A stretch of 64,000 nt of DNA. It comes from Podarcis vaucheri (lineage: Eukaryota). The notes beneath the pieces are model-generated. The model was not told the origin of the DNA. It did no database searches and saw nothing but the letters and a program-made list of their open reading frames with translations. Within the stretch, counting starts at the first letter, position 1; every line of letters starts with the position of its first letter. A program made the translations under genes and the position numbers. The stretch lies in assembly GCA_965113315.1 (NCBI GenBank), contig OZ220377.1. One strand, given 5' to 3'. Shown here piece after piece: positions 1 through 37,923 of this stretch.

Positions 1-238
1 GTGTGGGCCGCACACTTTGGCCAGCCATGTCTGCACAGACTGTTTCCTCCCAGCCCCAGTGAATGATCTGGGGCTACGCATTTGCAGGATGAATGCAGAG
101 TGTTCTTTGGGGTGAGCAGGTGGTCCTGGCCAGCAGGAGCGGCCTCAGTGACCCTGTGCTGGCCAAATGGCCCGGGGGGCAACTGGCGTCTCCCAAGGAG
201 CCCCTTCCTTATTTCCTCCCTCCTTCCTCCCCCCGCAG

Positions 239-8969
<8,731 letters not shown>

Positions 8970-9958
8970 GAGGTGGCTTCTCTTTGCCGGACTGGGCTGG
9001 GAGCCTCCATGGGCAAAGGCAGCAGCCCCTCCTCCCACTCCCTGGTGGTGCTGCTTGTGCCCCCCTGGCAGCTCCTGCCTTGTCCTCCTCTGCCCAGCCT
9101 CCAGAGACAGGCAGCGGCTGGGCCAGCATGGGCCTCACCTGAGTCCTCAACGGCCACACACAGCGTCACGCCTCTTCCGCTCCCTCGCTGCTTGTTCACG
9201 GGACTCTGGTGCTGCAGGGGCGCTGACTGGTCTGCAAAAGCAGAGCCCCTTCACTGCCCCCAACTGCAGCTTGCGCCAGTGCAGGACACAGGTGCTCTCC
9301 TGCCGCCCTCCTCTGCCCTCGGCCATTCCTGGAGCCCAGAAGCAAGCCTCTTTCCCCTGCCTCCAGACTCCAGTCCGTCCTCCAGCCTGAAGGGGCGAGG
9401 AGAGGAGGAGGGGAGCCCAATGGGACTCTGCAGGCTGACCTGGGCAACAGCCACGGACCTCTTCGTTCTGCTCCGGACAGCTACTTGCTGCAGGGCAAGG
9501 GGCTGCCTCTGGGCCACCGAGGGGGCAAGGAAGATTGGGGGGCACGTCCAGCTGGCCTGGATCTAGAGGCGGAGGAGCTGGGGCCTTCCCCCTTGCTCCC
9601 CACTAAAGGGCTGGTCTGATGTGAAGCTGGCACTGGATTTTGCAGGGTTGCTGGGAGCCGGGTGCGTGTGTGCGGAGCTTGCTCTCCTCTCTGCCTGGGG
9701 AGGGAGCAGCTCCTGCTTTGCAAAGCAATAAATAGGCTGGCGGGGGGGGGGGCCTAGACTGAGCTCCAGGGAGGCAAGCTTGATGAATGTTCCCCTATCC
9801 CTTTCCTGAAAGGGATGCCACAAGCTTGCCCACCCCTCTCCATCCGTAGCTATCTGGGGATCTCTCAGGCCAAGGGGGGTCAGGGTGGCGGATGTCTTTG
9901 CCCCGGAAGGTACTTGGGCTCACCCTGATCCTCTTCTACTGGCAGCCTGGTGGAGCCG

Positions 9959-9977
9959 CTGCGCCCCCTGGTGGCCG
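9959..9977 (-). promoter_or_regulatory. Strong CTCF motif, reverse orientation
   Basis: The minus strand reads CGGCCACCAGGGGGCGCAG, with a perfect CCACCAGGGGGCGC core. Confidence 0.7.
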
Positions 9978-12900
9978 ACAGTCACTCCACAGGGAGGGCC
10001 ATTTACTCACACGTAGTGACAATGGCAAGGATGACACAGCCTGTTTTGTGTGTTCTGAACAACCTCCTCCCCTGCTGTCTTGTCTCTTAAAAAAAGGAAG
10101 AAAACCCCAGACATGGCTTGAGTGCTGATTTCACAAATCTCTCATCAAAACAGCCTTCCTCCTAGGGCAGGGAAGGGTTGGCTGCTCGGGGGGGGGGGGC
10201 AGGACAGGGATGTGGGTCGTCCACATCTTGCATTCCCTGGGATTGAAACGCCCCCACTCCCGTTTATTAGGGTGGGTGGGGGTGATACCCTGCTCCCTCC
10301 CTCCCTCCCTCTTTGTTTCTGAAATGCAGGCAGGGAAGGGGAGGAGAAGAGGCAAACCTTTAACCAAGAGCAGCTCTGGCGGCAGCAGAGGGGGAGTCTG
10401 CTGTGGTCCATTATTGAGGTGGGGCATTTCTGGGGTCAGCAGTGGGACTCATCACTGGGGTGCGGGGGGAGTTAAACTGGAGCTAACCAAGGGGAGATTC
10501 TGAACCTGAAGAGCAAGGGGCTACCACCAGGGTAAGCGCACAAGCACAAACCTGCGGTGAGAGGTTGTATCATTTTAAAAGCAGTGGCTGCAGTTTTCTC
10601 TTGGGCTGCTTCTGCCCCAACCTCTTCTTGCAGAAACCTTCCTGCAGGTCACTCCAGGGGCTCTTCTCTCTCCATCTGGGGAGGGGGGAAGGAAATGGGC
10701 AGGAAGCTTAACCTCCCAGGCCAGGATGCTGAGGCAGGGGGAGAAGACTCTCCTACAAGAGCCTTCCCCCCCCCCCCGCACCTTGGCGCCCCCTAGAAGT
10801 GGGGTCAGCTGCAGAACTGGCCTCTTCCTCCAGCTCTGATGCCCCGAGCCTCACACGCCCCCACACTTCTCCCTGCCCTGTCACCCTCAGGGCTTCCACC
10901 TGCCAGCTCCTCCCTGCTCTCTTGCCCTGGCAAGCAAAGGCTGGCACCCTCTGCCAAGCCTGCCCAGCGGCAGAGGCAGGGCCCACCTCTGCCAGCAGTG
11001 AGCTTTGGGGGGGGGGAGAGAGGTAAGGGCTGATGGGAAGAGAGCCCCTTTGGACATGCAAGGTGCCAGCAGGCACGCTGACATTTTCAGGACAAGAACA
11101 AAGTGTGTCACCTGTGCCAGGAAAGATCAGCCCAGTGAAGGCTGAACATGCTCAATAGCCACAGCATTGCATGTGTCCTTGGGCATAACATTGGAAAGCT
11201 CTGGTGGGTCTTCCATCACCTGGGCTGTGCTAAAAGAGCTGTCAAGGGATGAGAGATGCTCCTCCACCCCATTTCTTGGCCCCAGAGCAGCCAATATTCA
11301 TAACCCCCCCCCCCTGTAAAACAGCTAAATGATGTCTAAGGATGCTCAGTTTGAGGGGGAACAGAATGGAGTATCCTGGAGAAGGGACTGGCTGGCCAGT
11401 TCCCTCCCTGGGCAACAGCACTCTCATACCCTGACACTGTGCCACTTTGTTCTGCTTCCCCCTCCCTTTTCTCTTACCTTCTTAGAAAAGGCTGCTAAGA
11501 ATGGATGGAATTAAGTACCGAAAGATTAAACATCTAAAACAGGAACATTTCAGCACCACAGCATAACCCCCCCCCCACTTCCCCCTGGAGGGGCAGGACC
11601 TGGTGGAAGAGATGGGCCGAGTTGAAAGTGCAACACAACCAGGCAGCCTGCTTTGGGCAGAGCAGAGGCCCCACCACCGAGAAGGCCCTACCTCCTTGCC
11701 TCCACCAGGGATATGCCCATTTCCTTGACTCTTCTCCCTGCTGCTTCTTTTTGACAACCCAACAGTTGGGAGAAAAGCAGACTCCTCAGCCTTTGGCTGC
11801 CATGCTGCGTCAACTACATTATTTTCATTGCCCGGCCATTGACAGCTGCGTGAGAAAATCCTCCTGGCAATTAAAGCAGCATTTGTCTCTGCTGTCCTTA
11901 ATTCACAGGACAGAGGCAGGATCACCTCCAGGTGGTGTCAGAGCCCTTGCGCACATGGAGGCTGGAGTGTAGGGAACTGGGCGGGTGGCTGTTTACTCCC
12001 TCCCAGGCCCCGTCTCCTAGCAACAGCCTGCCTGGGGTGTTGCAAGAGGGCAGCCAGGCAGGAAGCGGCCCTGATTCCAGCTTGCCAGAGATGTGGAAAA
12101 CTTGACTCTGCAAATGCCAGAGCAGCCACCCCACACAGATGAAACTGGCACAGCCCAGGGACTCCCTCCGAGGGAGGTTTCAGAAAATGACACAGCGAGG
12201 GAAATATTTTAATGCCAGGTGTGTGCGCAAACTTCACAGGAAAGCCGCCGGCACCAAAATGTACATGCTTTTAAAAGGAGCTCCATCAACCGGAAGCCCA
12301 GAATCGGAATCTGCATGCTGCTCTCATGCGTAATCTCACTGGCATCCTGGCGACATCCCTGGGAGGTAAAGTCAGTATTACTATCCTCCAGATTGCAGGT
12401 CCCGGACCCCCAACAACTTCTGAAGCTGAAAGGGGGCGAGACTATGCTGTGAGTCCACGGCAGAGGTGATGGTCTCCCAGTAGCCCAGCCAGCATGGCCA
12501 ATGGCCAGAGGCAATAGGAGGGGGGTCCATCAACATCTGGAAGGCCAAACTTTTCCCCATCTAGTCCAGCATCCCATTTCCTACAGCGCTCAGTCAGATG
12601 CTGCTTCTGGGAAGCCTGCAGGGAGGGGTTGACTGGCTGCCCCCCCTGGAGGCAACATGCTCCTGAATAGAGAGTCCCAACAGCCATTAACAAATGTCCT
12701 CCATGGGGCAAACTTTGATACTAAGGCCCCCTGAGCTAGGAGAATATTTGGTCCCTCCCGCTGCTTTGGGAAGATGTGAGGGCTCTGGCAGGGTCCTAGA
12801 GACCCCCTACCTCTTTCCCAAAGCTGGGGAGGCCGGACTCTAGGACCCTGTCAGAGCCCCCAGGCCTCCTTCCCATCTGTTCTCCCTCAGCTACTGGAGG

Positions 12901-14556
12901 CAGGGAGTGCGCCTGGGAATTGCAGTTGGGGAGAGTTGCTCAGGTCCTGCTTTAGGAATTCCCTTTGGGACATCTGGCTGGCCATGTGAGAACCGGAGAC
13001 TGGATCTTTTCTTGATACGTACATAATTTTATTGTTTACCACCTTTCCACAGTTCAAGGCAGCTTACAACATGAAAAAATGCATAACTTCAACATAGCAA
13101 AAGTAGCCATAAATGATAAAACATTTAAAAAATAAGCAACCAAACTGAATGCTTTGCACATAAAGATCTAAAATAAATATATAAAAAGCCCACATCACCA
13201 CCAGCAATGCCCTGCAACAAAACCCCTTAAACAACACCCCAGTCTTTGAGTCTGTTCAGCATTCTCAGATTTTGTAGCTGGAGTCAGTCCTGGCCCCACC
13301 CTCCCAGGCCAGGTGGAAAAAGACTTGCAAGGAAGAGAGCAGGCCTTCTGGGACTCACAGCCAAGCTAGTTCTTGATCTGTGTCCCCTTCATATAGTTAG
13401 GATCCTTACTTTCCTTAAGGCCCCTAAAAGACAGTGGTCTACTGGTTAGAGAAGACGGGGGCATGGAACCCACTGGCCACATCCCCTCTTGGGGATCCTT
13501 CCAGAGGCTGGATGCCAGAAGGACAGCGGTGACTCTTGCCACCTTGGTACTGCAGGGTACCTTCCCTCAAGAGGTTGTGTGTGCGCACCCAGGAACCTGC
13601 CTCTCCACCCAGGCAAGCCAGAGTCAGGATCCCAGTTCAAGAGCTCACTCGAGGCGGGGACTGAGAGACTGGTCTCAGGAGGGTGCATGGTCTGAGCAGA
13701 GTCCCAAGGGCCAGAGAGAGAGAGGCTGGAGGGCCGCATTGCCTCCCAGGGCTGGAGCATCAGATTAAGACCGTGGAGAGCCAGGATCACACCTCTGCTC
13801 GCCCATGAAACTGACAGGGGCTGCTACTTCTCAGCCTAATCTGCCTAACAGGAGGCCTAGGCCACCCGCCCTGAGGTCCTTGGAAGGAGGGGGCAGTATA
13901 AAAAGGTAATAAATGCACATTTGTGACAAGGGACCATGTCCCATTGGAAAGCGGTGTGAAGAAGCCCCACTTGCTCTTGGGGCAAATGAAGGATGCTGGC
14001 TTCCTCCAGGGAGCTGCCGTGGCTCCAGGGAAGGCCTGGGCTCTGAGCACAAGGCAGGCTGCAGCTGTTGCTCACTCCGCATTTGGACAGCTTTGCAAGC
14101 AAAGCATCTTTCCCCAAAGATGACGTCCTTCTCTTAGTTAAACACACTCCCTCTGGGGGCAGGCGTGGTCAAGGCAGACCCCGCTGAAGCCAGTCAACAG
14201 GCAGGCAGGCAGGTGGGGAAGCTTTCTCATCCACAAGGGGTCCTGCCAGCCCTCGGCCCCACTGACTTCAAGGGACCAAGTCCAAGGGCGGAGAAAAGCC
14301 CTCAGATAGGGGGCCTTGGACTTTGCCTCTTTCGTTCTGTGGGCGTAGGTTCCTCAGAGGGTTCACAGGAACAGAAAGTAAACTCAGCCGTCATGGGTTA
14401 AGAGGGTGGATTCCTCTAAACAGATTGGTCACTGGCTGAAACAGAAGAAAACCAAGAGTAGGAATAAATGCCTCCTCTTTGCACAGAAGGCGGCTGCAAA
14501 AAGGGGCATCCCTGAAGGATCTCCCGAAATTTCTTTCAGAATATTAAAATTCAAGG

Positions 14557-15454
14557 CAACCTCACCTAGCAAATTTCTACAAAAATAACAAACCCATATT
14601 GACACAAGAAATAAAATACAAACTAGGTGACACCCAAATGCCCTGGCTAACACACCAACAACTGCACGCCGCCTTAAACAAACCAAAAGTAAAACCAGCA
14701 GCCAATATGCCCTTGACCACCTTTGAAAACCTCCTCCTAACAGCAAAAGGACACAGCAAGGAGATGACAAAATACTGCTCCAAAACCCCACAAACCCCCA
14801 TGACATAATCAAAAAACAACAATGCTGATGACATAAACATAGGTTACGAAATTAACCACACCCAATGGACTAGAATGTGGTCTAAACCATAATGACCATA
14901 TAAAGAGCTTACTCTCAGCAGCCAGAAACCTCATAGCCAGATGGACCTGTCAGGAGTATAAACATGGACCACTTGTACAAAATCGTACTGGGAAAAGCCT
15001 TACCATAAAAGTTAACCAATAAACTGAAACTGACACGGGAACAAATAAACGAGGAGGCCTTCACCCTGGAATCGCTCCCCTTTATTACATACACAGCTCA
15101 ACAAGAACCCACCAACAGCATACACATGAATATGGCTAACTTGACCCAACAATCCCTCCCCCCTCACCTAAACAAATCTCACTGCAGCCAACTAAAGACA
15201 ACCAACCACACTGCCCCAGTGCCTCTTACTACCAAGGGAATATAACAAATAGAAAGAGAGTCTACTCAAGTGATGCTGACCCAAAGACCCCCCCCCCACA
15301 TAAGTTTTACCACCCCACCCCTCTCCCCCTCTTCTTCCCCAACCTTATCCTGTATACACTGTCTCACATCAAATGTAACCCATCTGTAGAAAAGACTCTA
15401 CAACCTGAGACAATGCACATATTTTTGTAAGGCAAGAAAATCATTTTTTTAAAA
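14557..15454 (+). mobile_element. 5'-truncated L1-clade LINE with 11-bp TSD
   Basis: A/C-rich, with decayed ORF2 C-terminal peptides (PWLTHQQLHAAL; IGYEINHTQWTRMW) and an A tail. TSD aaaattcaagg at 14546-14556 and 15455-15465; the left copy is preceded by TT (TT/AAAA site). Confidence 0.8.
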
Positions 15455-15794
15455 AAAATTCAAGGTCACCTTGTGAAATTGATCAGGTGGGCAGGAACCT
15501 CAGTCCCAGGGGTCAACTGGTGCCCTCCAAGCCTCTCTCGCTCTTCGGCCCCCTAAGCTTCCCCCAGATCACACACCCTCTTCCCAGTCCACAACTCCCT
15601 GCCCTGCTTTGGGCCCTACTTGAGTGCTTTGCCTGACTGGACTCTGCCCATGAACTCTGGTCATGTCTCTTGATGGCACTGGACAGGAGGGGTGCCTATA
15701 TGTGCAGAAACTGTGTAGCAAGGCAAATGCTCATTTTGCTTCTGGCCCCCGCTCCCCACATGTGTGCAGCCCTTAGACTGTAAAAGGTTCCTGA

Positions 15795-16106
15795 GCCAGA
15801 GATTCAAAACAGACAAAAGGAAGTCCTTCACACAACATGTAACCGAACTCATTGCCACATGAAGTGGAGATGGCCACTAGCTCAGCTTGCTTTAGAAGGG
15901 GGGGAATCCAAGGAGGAAGAAGCAGCAGCCTTTCGATGGCTGTGTAGAACCTCCACTTTCAAGGGCAGTCTACCTCTGAATGACAGATTCTGGAGGGCAG
16001 CAGGGAGGGAGAGCCCATGCTTTTATTCCCTTTCTGGGCTTCCCAGAAGCACCTGCAGGAAGTGGGAGGCTGGGCTCCATGGCCTGATCCTGCAGGGCTC
16101 CTCTTT
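15795..16106 (+). mobile_element. Old CR1 LINE 3' end
   Basis: agattcaaaacagacaaaaggaagtccttcacacaac...ggcctgatcctgcagggctcctctt resembles a degenerate squamate CR1 ORF2 end and 3' UTR. Confidence 0.6.
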
Positions 16107-16627
16107 TGCTGGAATTCCCTCCCAGGGCTGTACTGGGCCATGGAGAGGGTGACATCCTGCAAAGACGATGAGAAACTTCTCCTACTATCAGAGGCAGCTG
16201 AGGAGCAACCAGTGTAACCAGCTCAGCCGGTATAAACCCGGAAACCTAGCAACCCTTGAAATGAGGATGACAGCAGGCGGCTATCATTCTCCGTGCTGGG
16301 TGGAGGCACCAGATTGCCCTGCCATGCAGAAAGGGCTGTCCCAGGGCTCAGGGTGGGGCAGAAGCTCCTCCTCCTTAGCAGCTGAGTCATGCTTGGCAAA
16401 GGGGGGGGGGGCAGACTCAGCCCTCCAAACCACCTTTCAGCAGCTGAACCTTCCTTCCAGCCAAATCCTTTTCAAAAGGGTGCTTCCCCCACCCCACCCC
16501 CCAAAATATGGGAAAATTCCCACCAACTAACTGATGAATTGAATAGGCAGGTGTGGGGAAGGAGTGCAAGTGTTGGTGACTACAACTCCCATCGCCCCAA
16601 TCCCTGACTATGCTGGTACATCCACAC

Positions 16628-16980
16628 ATGACTTCCCCCAAAGAAACCTGGGAACTATGTTGTTCGTTGTTTAGTCATTTAGTCATGTCCGCCTCTTTGT
16701 GACCCCCTGGACCAGAGCACGCCAGGCCCTCCTGTCTTCCACTGCCTCCCGCAGTTTGGTCAAACTCATGTTGGTAGCTTTGAGAACACTGTCCCACCAT
16801 CTCACCCTCTGTCGTCCCCTTCTCCTTGCGCCCTCCATCTTTCCCAACATCAGGGTCTTTTCCAGGGAGTCTTCTCTTGTCACGAGGTGGCCAAAGTCTT
16901 GGAGCCTCAGCTTCAGCTGGGAACTATAGTTTACCCCATCCCAGAACTACCCTTCTTGGGATTCTTTGGGGGAAGCCGTG
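16628..16980. mobile_element. Palindromic MITE-like element split by a Bov-B insertion
   Basis: Left arm atgacttcccccaaagaaacctgggaact and right arm cttgggattctttgggggaagccgtg are inverted copies of each other. Confidence 0.65.
16659..16916 (-). mobile_element. Bov-B (RTE) LINE 3' fragment with 11-bp TSD
   Basis: The minus strand encodes REDSLEKTLMLGKMEGARRRGRQRVRWWDSV...LREAVEDRRAWRALVQGVTK, with a CAA-type tail. TSD ctgggaactat at 16648-16658 and 16917-16927. Confidence 0.93.
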
Positions 16981-17154
16981 GGGCTGTGTGGGGCTGCAGT
17001 TCACCAACATGGGGGGGGGAGCACTGATGCCCACCCCCCGGTTCAAGAGAAGCTGTGGCAGAATGAATATCCGCTCTCAGAGCCCCCTCTCTCAGCCGCT
17101 GCTCTGTTTCAGGATGAACCCCACGGGGCTCCTTTGGACGTCCGCCACATTCTG

Positions 17155-17350
17155 GATGAATGAATGAATTTTATTATTTCGGTGACAGACCAGTTCCAGC
17201 CCACATAGAATATCAAGGAAGTCATAAAACATGATAGGGTTACATTTTAATTTGCAATTAGGTATAACAGGGACGATACAGATATAGCAACAGTTAAAAA
17301 ATATAAAAATTAAAACTAAGTCACTAACATATAACCTACAATTATCATGG
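17155..17350 (-). mobile_element. AT-rich LINE-like 3' tail ending in (TTCA)n
   Basis: The minus strand ends ctggtctgtcaccgaaataataaaattcattcattcatc; an abrupt AT-rich block next to the CpG island. Family not determined. Confidence 0.45.
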
Positions 17351-17797
17351 ATAGAAACCGAGGCACCAGGACAGGGACGTGAAGTACCGAGTGAGCGAAA
17401 GAGGCGGCTGGCGCCCTTATCACTGGAAGCAAGGAATACCTCTGAGCATACGCAGAGCGCCGCCCGACCCGCCTCAACCTTCCCGCGCGCCTCCTGCGCA
17501 CGCGCCGCTCGCGCGCCCCCACCCTCCCGCTTTCCCTCCGCGGCGTGACGCCATCGCGCCGGGGACGCGTCGCAGTGACGCAGCGGCTGTTGCCGGGGAA
17601 CGCTCCTTCCTTCCCTCTCGGCGCGCCGCCCCCTCCCCTCTCGCTCCCGCCCCCCTCCCTTCGGCGCTCCGTCCGGGCCGCGCGCGGAGCCCAGAAAGAG
17701 GCGGACGGCGGGCGAGGAGAGACGGAGCGCAGCCCCGCAGGACGAGGAGGAGCAGGACGGACCGCCAGGAGCCGCCGCCGCCGCCCGCCCGCCCGCC

Positions 17798-34610
<16,813 letters not shown>

Positions 34611-36651
34611 CGTGGATTCCTCTCTTTGCACGGTATGTCCACATCTTCGGGGCTGCCTTCAAAGGTTAGAAAAGAGGCAGTGCCACAAATATGGGGACAG
34701 GGTGCTTCTGACATGAGCTGTGTTGTCCCTTCTTAAGGATCCTGCATTGGCTCCAAGCATAAATATCAAGAGAAACATCTGTGCCCAGTGCAATAAATTC
34801 CTGGTGCAAATGTTCTTTGTGGGCTCGGCTGCAGGAGGCTTTTGGTGTGTGTGGGGGGTGTCTGAGCAGGACATGGAATAAGTCTGCTGCTGGCTCTCCA
34901 GGATTGCACAGTTGACTGTACCCTCACTGTTGAAACCGTGCAGTGTCATCCCTGACAGAAAAGGCACTCTGCGTTCCCCCTCCTTCAAAAATGACTGCCA
35001 TATACTCAGGAGTGTTTAATAAATCCAGCTACCCAGCAGAGTTTCCCCACTTGGAAGATCACTTTCAAGCCACTGAAGTAACCCAGTTTCTCTCTTTCTT
35101 TCCTTAAGTTTGCAAAACAGCCAGCAGCAAGGCCCAGGAACTCCACCCTCTTGACCAACGGACCATCTCTGGATCAAGCCCTCCTCTATCCAGTCAGCAG
35201 GCGACTTCCAACCTCCCCTAGCTAACTCTAGTGGCCCTTACTATCGTGAGCAAATAGACAGTCCTCTGGTCCTGAGCGCTCTGGCCTTGGCACCTGGGCT
35301 GGAGGCGCTTCCTGGGGGATGGCTGCACCTGTGACACAGGTGCCTTCCCCAGAAGAGTGTTCAGCCCGATTCCCACGTGGCTCTTTGATTTCCAAGTGAC
35401 CGTTTTAGCTGAAATAGTCTTGTGATGTGGTGATTTAGATTTCATATGTATGTATATATCTATATTTTTCCTTTGAAACACTGGGATAAACTGCTGCCTT
35501 GGTTTCTTCACCTTTCTTTGTCCATTTGTGGAGATGGGAACTCAGTATTAGAGGGTGTCAGGCCAACCTTTTTGCTCCCTGAATATCACGGTGATGGGCA
35601 GGGCTCCTGGCAACAAGGAGCAGGGAAGATTGCTACTAGCAGTGCCCTGGTCTTGAAGTGCACCTGCGCCAGCCTCTGTTCCCTGCCCAGGTTCTGCCTG
35701 CTGAGCCCCTTCCAGTGTGGTCCTCAAGGTCCACATTGCCGCTTTTGGGGTGGTGGGAGCAGGTGACTTAGTTGGCCTGCTAAGAAAACAGTCCTGGGTC
35801 TCCTCCACCTTCCCCTTTACTACAGTAGACGAGCGGAATGGTCTCTTAACCCGACCACCAAACAAATTGCACAAGCAGAATCCCGTTCTTTGGTTGTTTC
35901 CTGCTCAGGCGCTGCTTGTGTTGGGCGTTTGCGATGCTCCTGAGCAATAAGGCCTGTAGCACGGAGCAGTGGCACTGCAGAGGGGGTGATCTGTCTCTCT
36001 CGGTTGCCAGGAGCTGCAGGGGTCATGGCCAAAAGCTGGCTGAGCTCTTTGCTGCTGAGGAGGGGCTTCTGAAGCCCACTTGCATGTGGGCTGGCAGCTG
36101 CTTAAGACAATCACAGGAGAAAGAGCGGGTTGAACAAACACTGCCGGCTTCACTCAGGAGCTGGTGGAAGCAGAGCTGAGGCCATGCCTTGGTGTGGCAG
36201 CCTCTGTAGCCGGGTCTCCTCCCTTTCTCCCTCCAGAGCAAGCTCTGCGCCTGAAGCAGTGGCCCTTGCCAGACAGAGAGGGTGGGAGACAAGCAGGGTG
36301 ACGACGGGCAGCTTTGCCTTGAGAGGAGGCAGTTTATCCCTCTTGTCCTCTTGTTTTGTCCATTTTTTGCCTTATCAATGTCCAAGTGCAATAAGCAAGC
36401 TTGATCCGTTCTGGTCGCGCTCTCTTGACAGGTGACTTGAGGGGCTTTGGGGGAAAGGGGCTTTTAGCAAGCCCCCCAGGCGGAGCGGGAGACCTGGCTC
36501 AGCGCTGGGCCTGCCTGAGAAAGAGAAGCCCAGGGGTTGGGGCAAAGTCTGTGGGACCAGGAATGTGTCGGGTGCTCCCTCCTCCTTCCCCTCCAGGGCA
36601 AGGAGGCCCCCTGGTTAATCTTCCTGTACTGTAAAATACTGAGAATTGGGA

Positions 36652-36657
36652 ATTAAA
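36652..36657 (+). terminator. PITPNA proximal poly(A) signal ATTAAA
   Basis: Upstream tgta motifs and a downstream T-rich tract (ttttttccttttt). Confidence 0.55.
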
Positions 36658-37516
36658 ACACTGAACATTTTTTTCCTTTTTCCTTTTGGTAATGAAGTGT
36701 AAGAGGATTCTTATGCTTGAATGTGTTAACTGTTTCTATGGCTGTTCTTATCACTCCTGCTGCTTAAAGATTTGTTTTTTAGCTGAGAGGCTTTGTAGCT
36801 GGTGACACCACATCTCTATGGAAACAGATGGTGACATTTTGAAGGGTGGGGGAGAAAATCAAGGGAAGATTGTGGTACGAAGGTGAAAGCTCTCATTAAA
36901 ACACAAAGCTTTCCTGCTTAGCAGTAAGAGCGAGAAAAATGCAGCAAACTTCCACTGTGTGTCCTTTGTTCTGCTCTTTGCGTGTTGCGTTTTTTTAGAG
37001 TTCGCCTCCTGCCGAACTGTAGCTGAGGCACATCTTCTGAGCCTTCTCTCTGCCTCCCCTGCCCCCCCCCCGTGACGACTGACCTCTTTGTTCCTTCTTG
37101 GGAGGAGGGGGGAGCCCAGCAATGGGAGCAGAGAGGGTGCTGCGGAGGCACCGCGTAACATGTTGCATTTGGCTTCACCACCCAGACCCCACCCCAACCT
37201 GTTGGCTTGGAGGAGGGTGGGTATGGTTGCTGAGCTGAGCTGCTTTCTCCCAACACCTGCCTGGGCTTCCATCTTTGGAGCCCAGTGGGGGGAGAGAAGC
37301 CCCCCACCCCACCAGCATGCTCTTGCCTTTCTGGGCTCATCCTCTGCTGGCCTCTGCAGGGACTCCCTGATCTGTTTTGGTTGGTTCCTAGTGCAACTCC
37401 TTTTTATGGCAAACACTTTGTAGACTTGATTAGATGATCTTATTGTTTCTTTAATGTGAGTTTGTGCCTTTTTTTGTCTCCCAATCTTCCAATACAGGCA
37501 TATTGGAAACAAATCT

Positions 37517-37522
37517 AATAAA
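37517..37522 (+). terminator. PITPNA distal poly(A) signal AATAAA
   Basis: Follows a U-rich UTR segment and precedes gtctggcttttttctt. Confidence 0.65.
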
Positions 37523-37570
37523 ATCATAGACAGAGCATTGGCCTGCAGTCTGGCTTTTTCTTGGATGGGA

Positions 37571-37604
37571 GGGAAGGAAGGAAGGAAGGAAGGAAGGAAG
37601 GAAG
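37571..37604. repeat. (GGAA)n microsatellite
   Basis: ggaaggaaggaagg... run. Confidence 0.9.
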
Positions 37605-37785
37605 GGGTTGTTTTGCTTCTCCCCCACCCCGATATCTTTTAGGGTGTGTGTCAGCCAGTGTGAATGACTTCTCTTTAACTGGAGGAGGGAAGCAGGTAGG
37701 GAAGCTGTGACAGCTGTTGTGCTTACTGAGCAGCTGGACTCCAGTAACCAGGGGGAAGTCTCTAAGGACGACACAGCAGTGCTTG

Positions 37786-37923
37786 CAGCGGTTCTCAACC
37801 TGCAGGTCTCCAGATGTTGTTGGACTACAACTCCCATCATCCCTGAGCTCTGGCCTTGCTTGCTAGGGGTGATGGGAGTTGTAGTTCAACAACATCTGGG
37901 TACCCACAAGTTGAGAGAGGCTG
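37786..37923. mobile_element. hAT-type MITE (~138 bp, palindromic)
   Basis: Arms cagatgttgttggactacaactcccatca and tgatgggagttgtagttcaacaacatctg; termini CAG...CTG. Confidence 0.8.

Larger units (their letters stand above)
35109..37540 (+). other. PITPNA: Putative non-coding terminal exon (3' UTR) of PITPNA
   Basis: Donor cg|gtatgt after 34632, 22 nt past the stop; pyrimidine tract and AG at 35107-35108; poly(A) hexamers at 36652 and 37517. Confidence 0.6.

Noticed and set aside
9727-9732. Definitive SLC43A2 poly(A) site
   Set aside because: AATAAA is present, but other hexamers occur downstream (e.g. ATTAAA at 11525) and I cannot choose between them without transcript data
14557-15454. Mitochondrial insertion (NUMT)
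   Set aside because: Base composition is mtDNA-like, but the peptides, A tail and TSD indicate an L1-clade LINE
37487-37508. Iron-responsive element
   Set aside because: The loop is CAGGCA rather than CAGUGN and there is no bulged C
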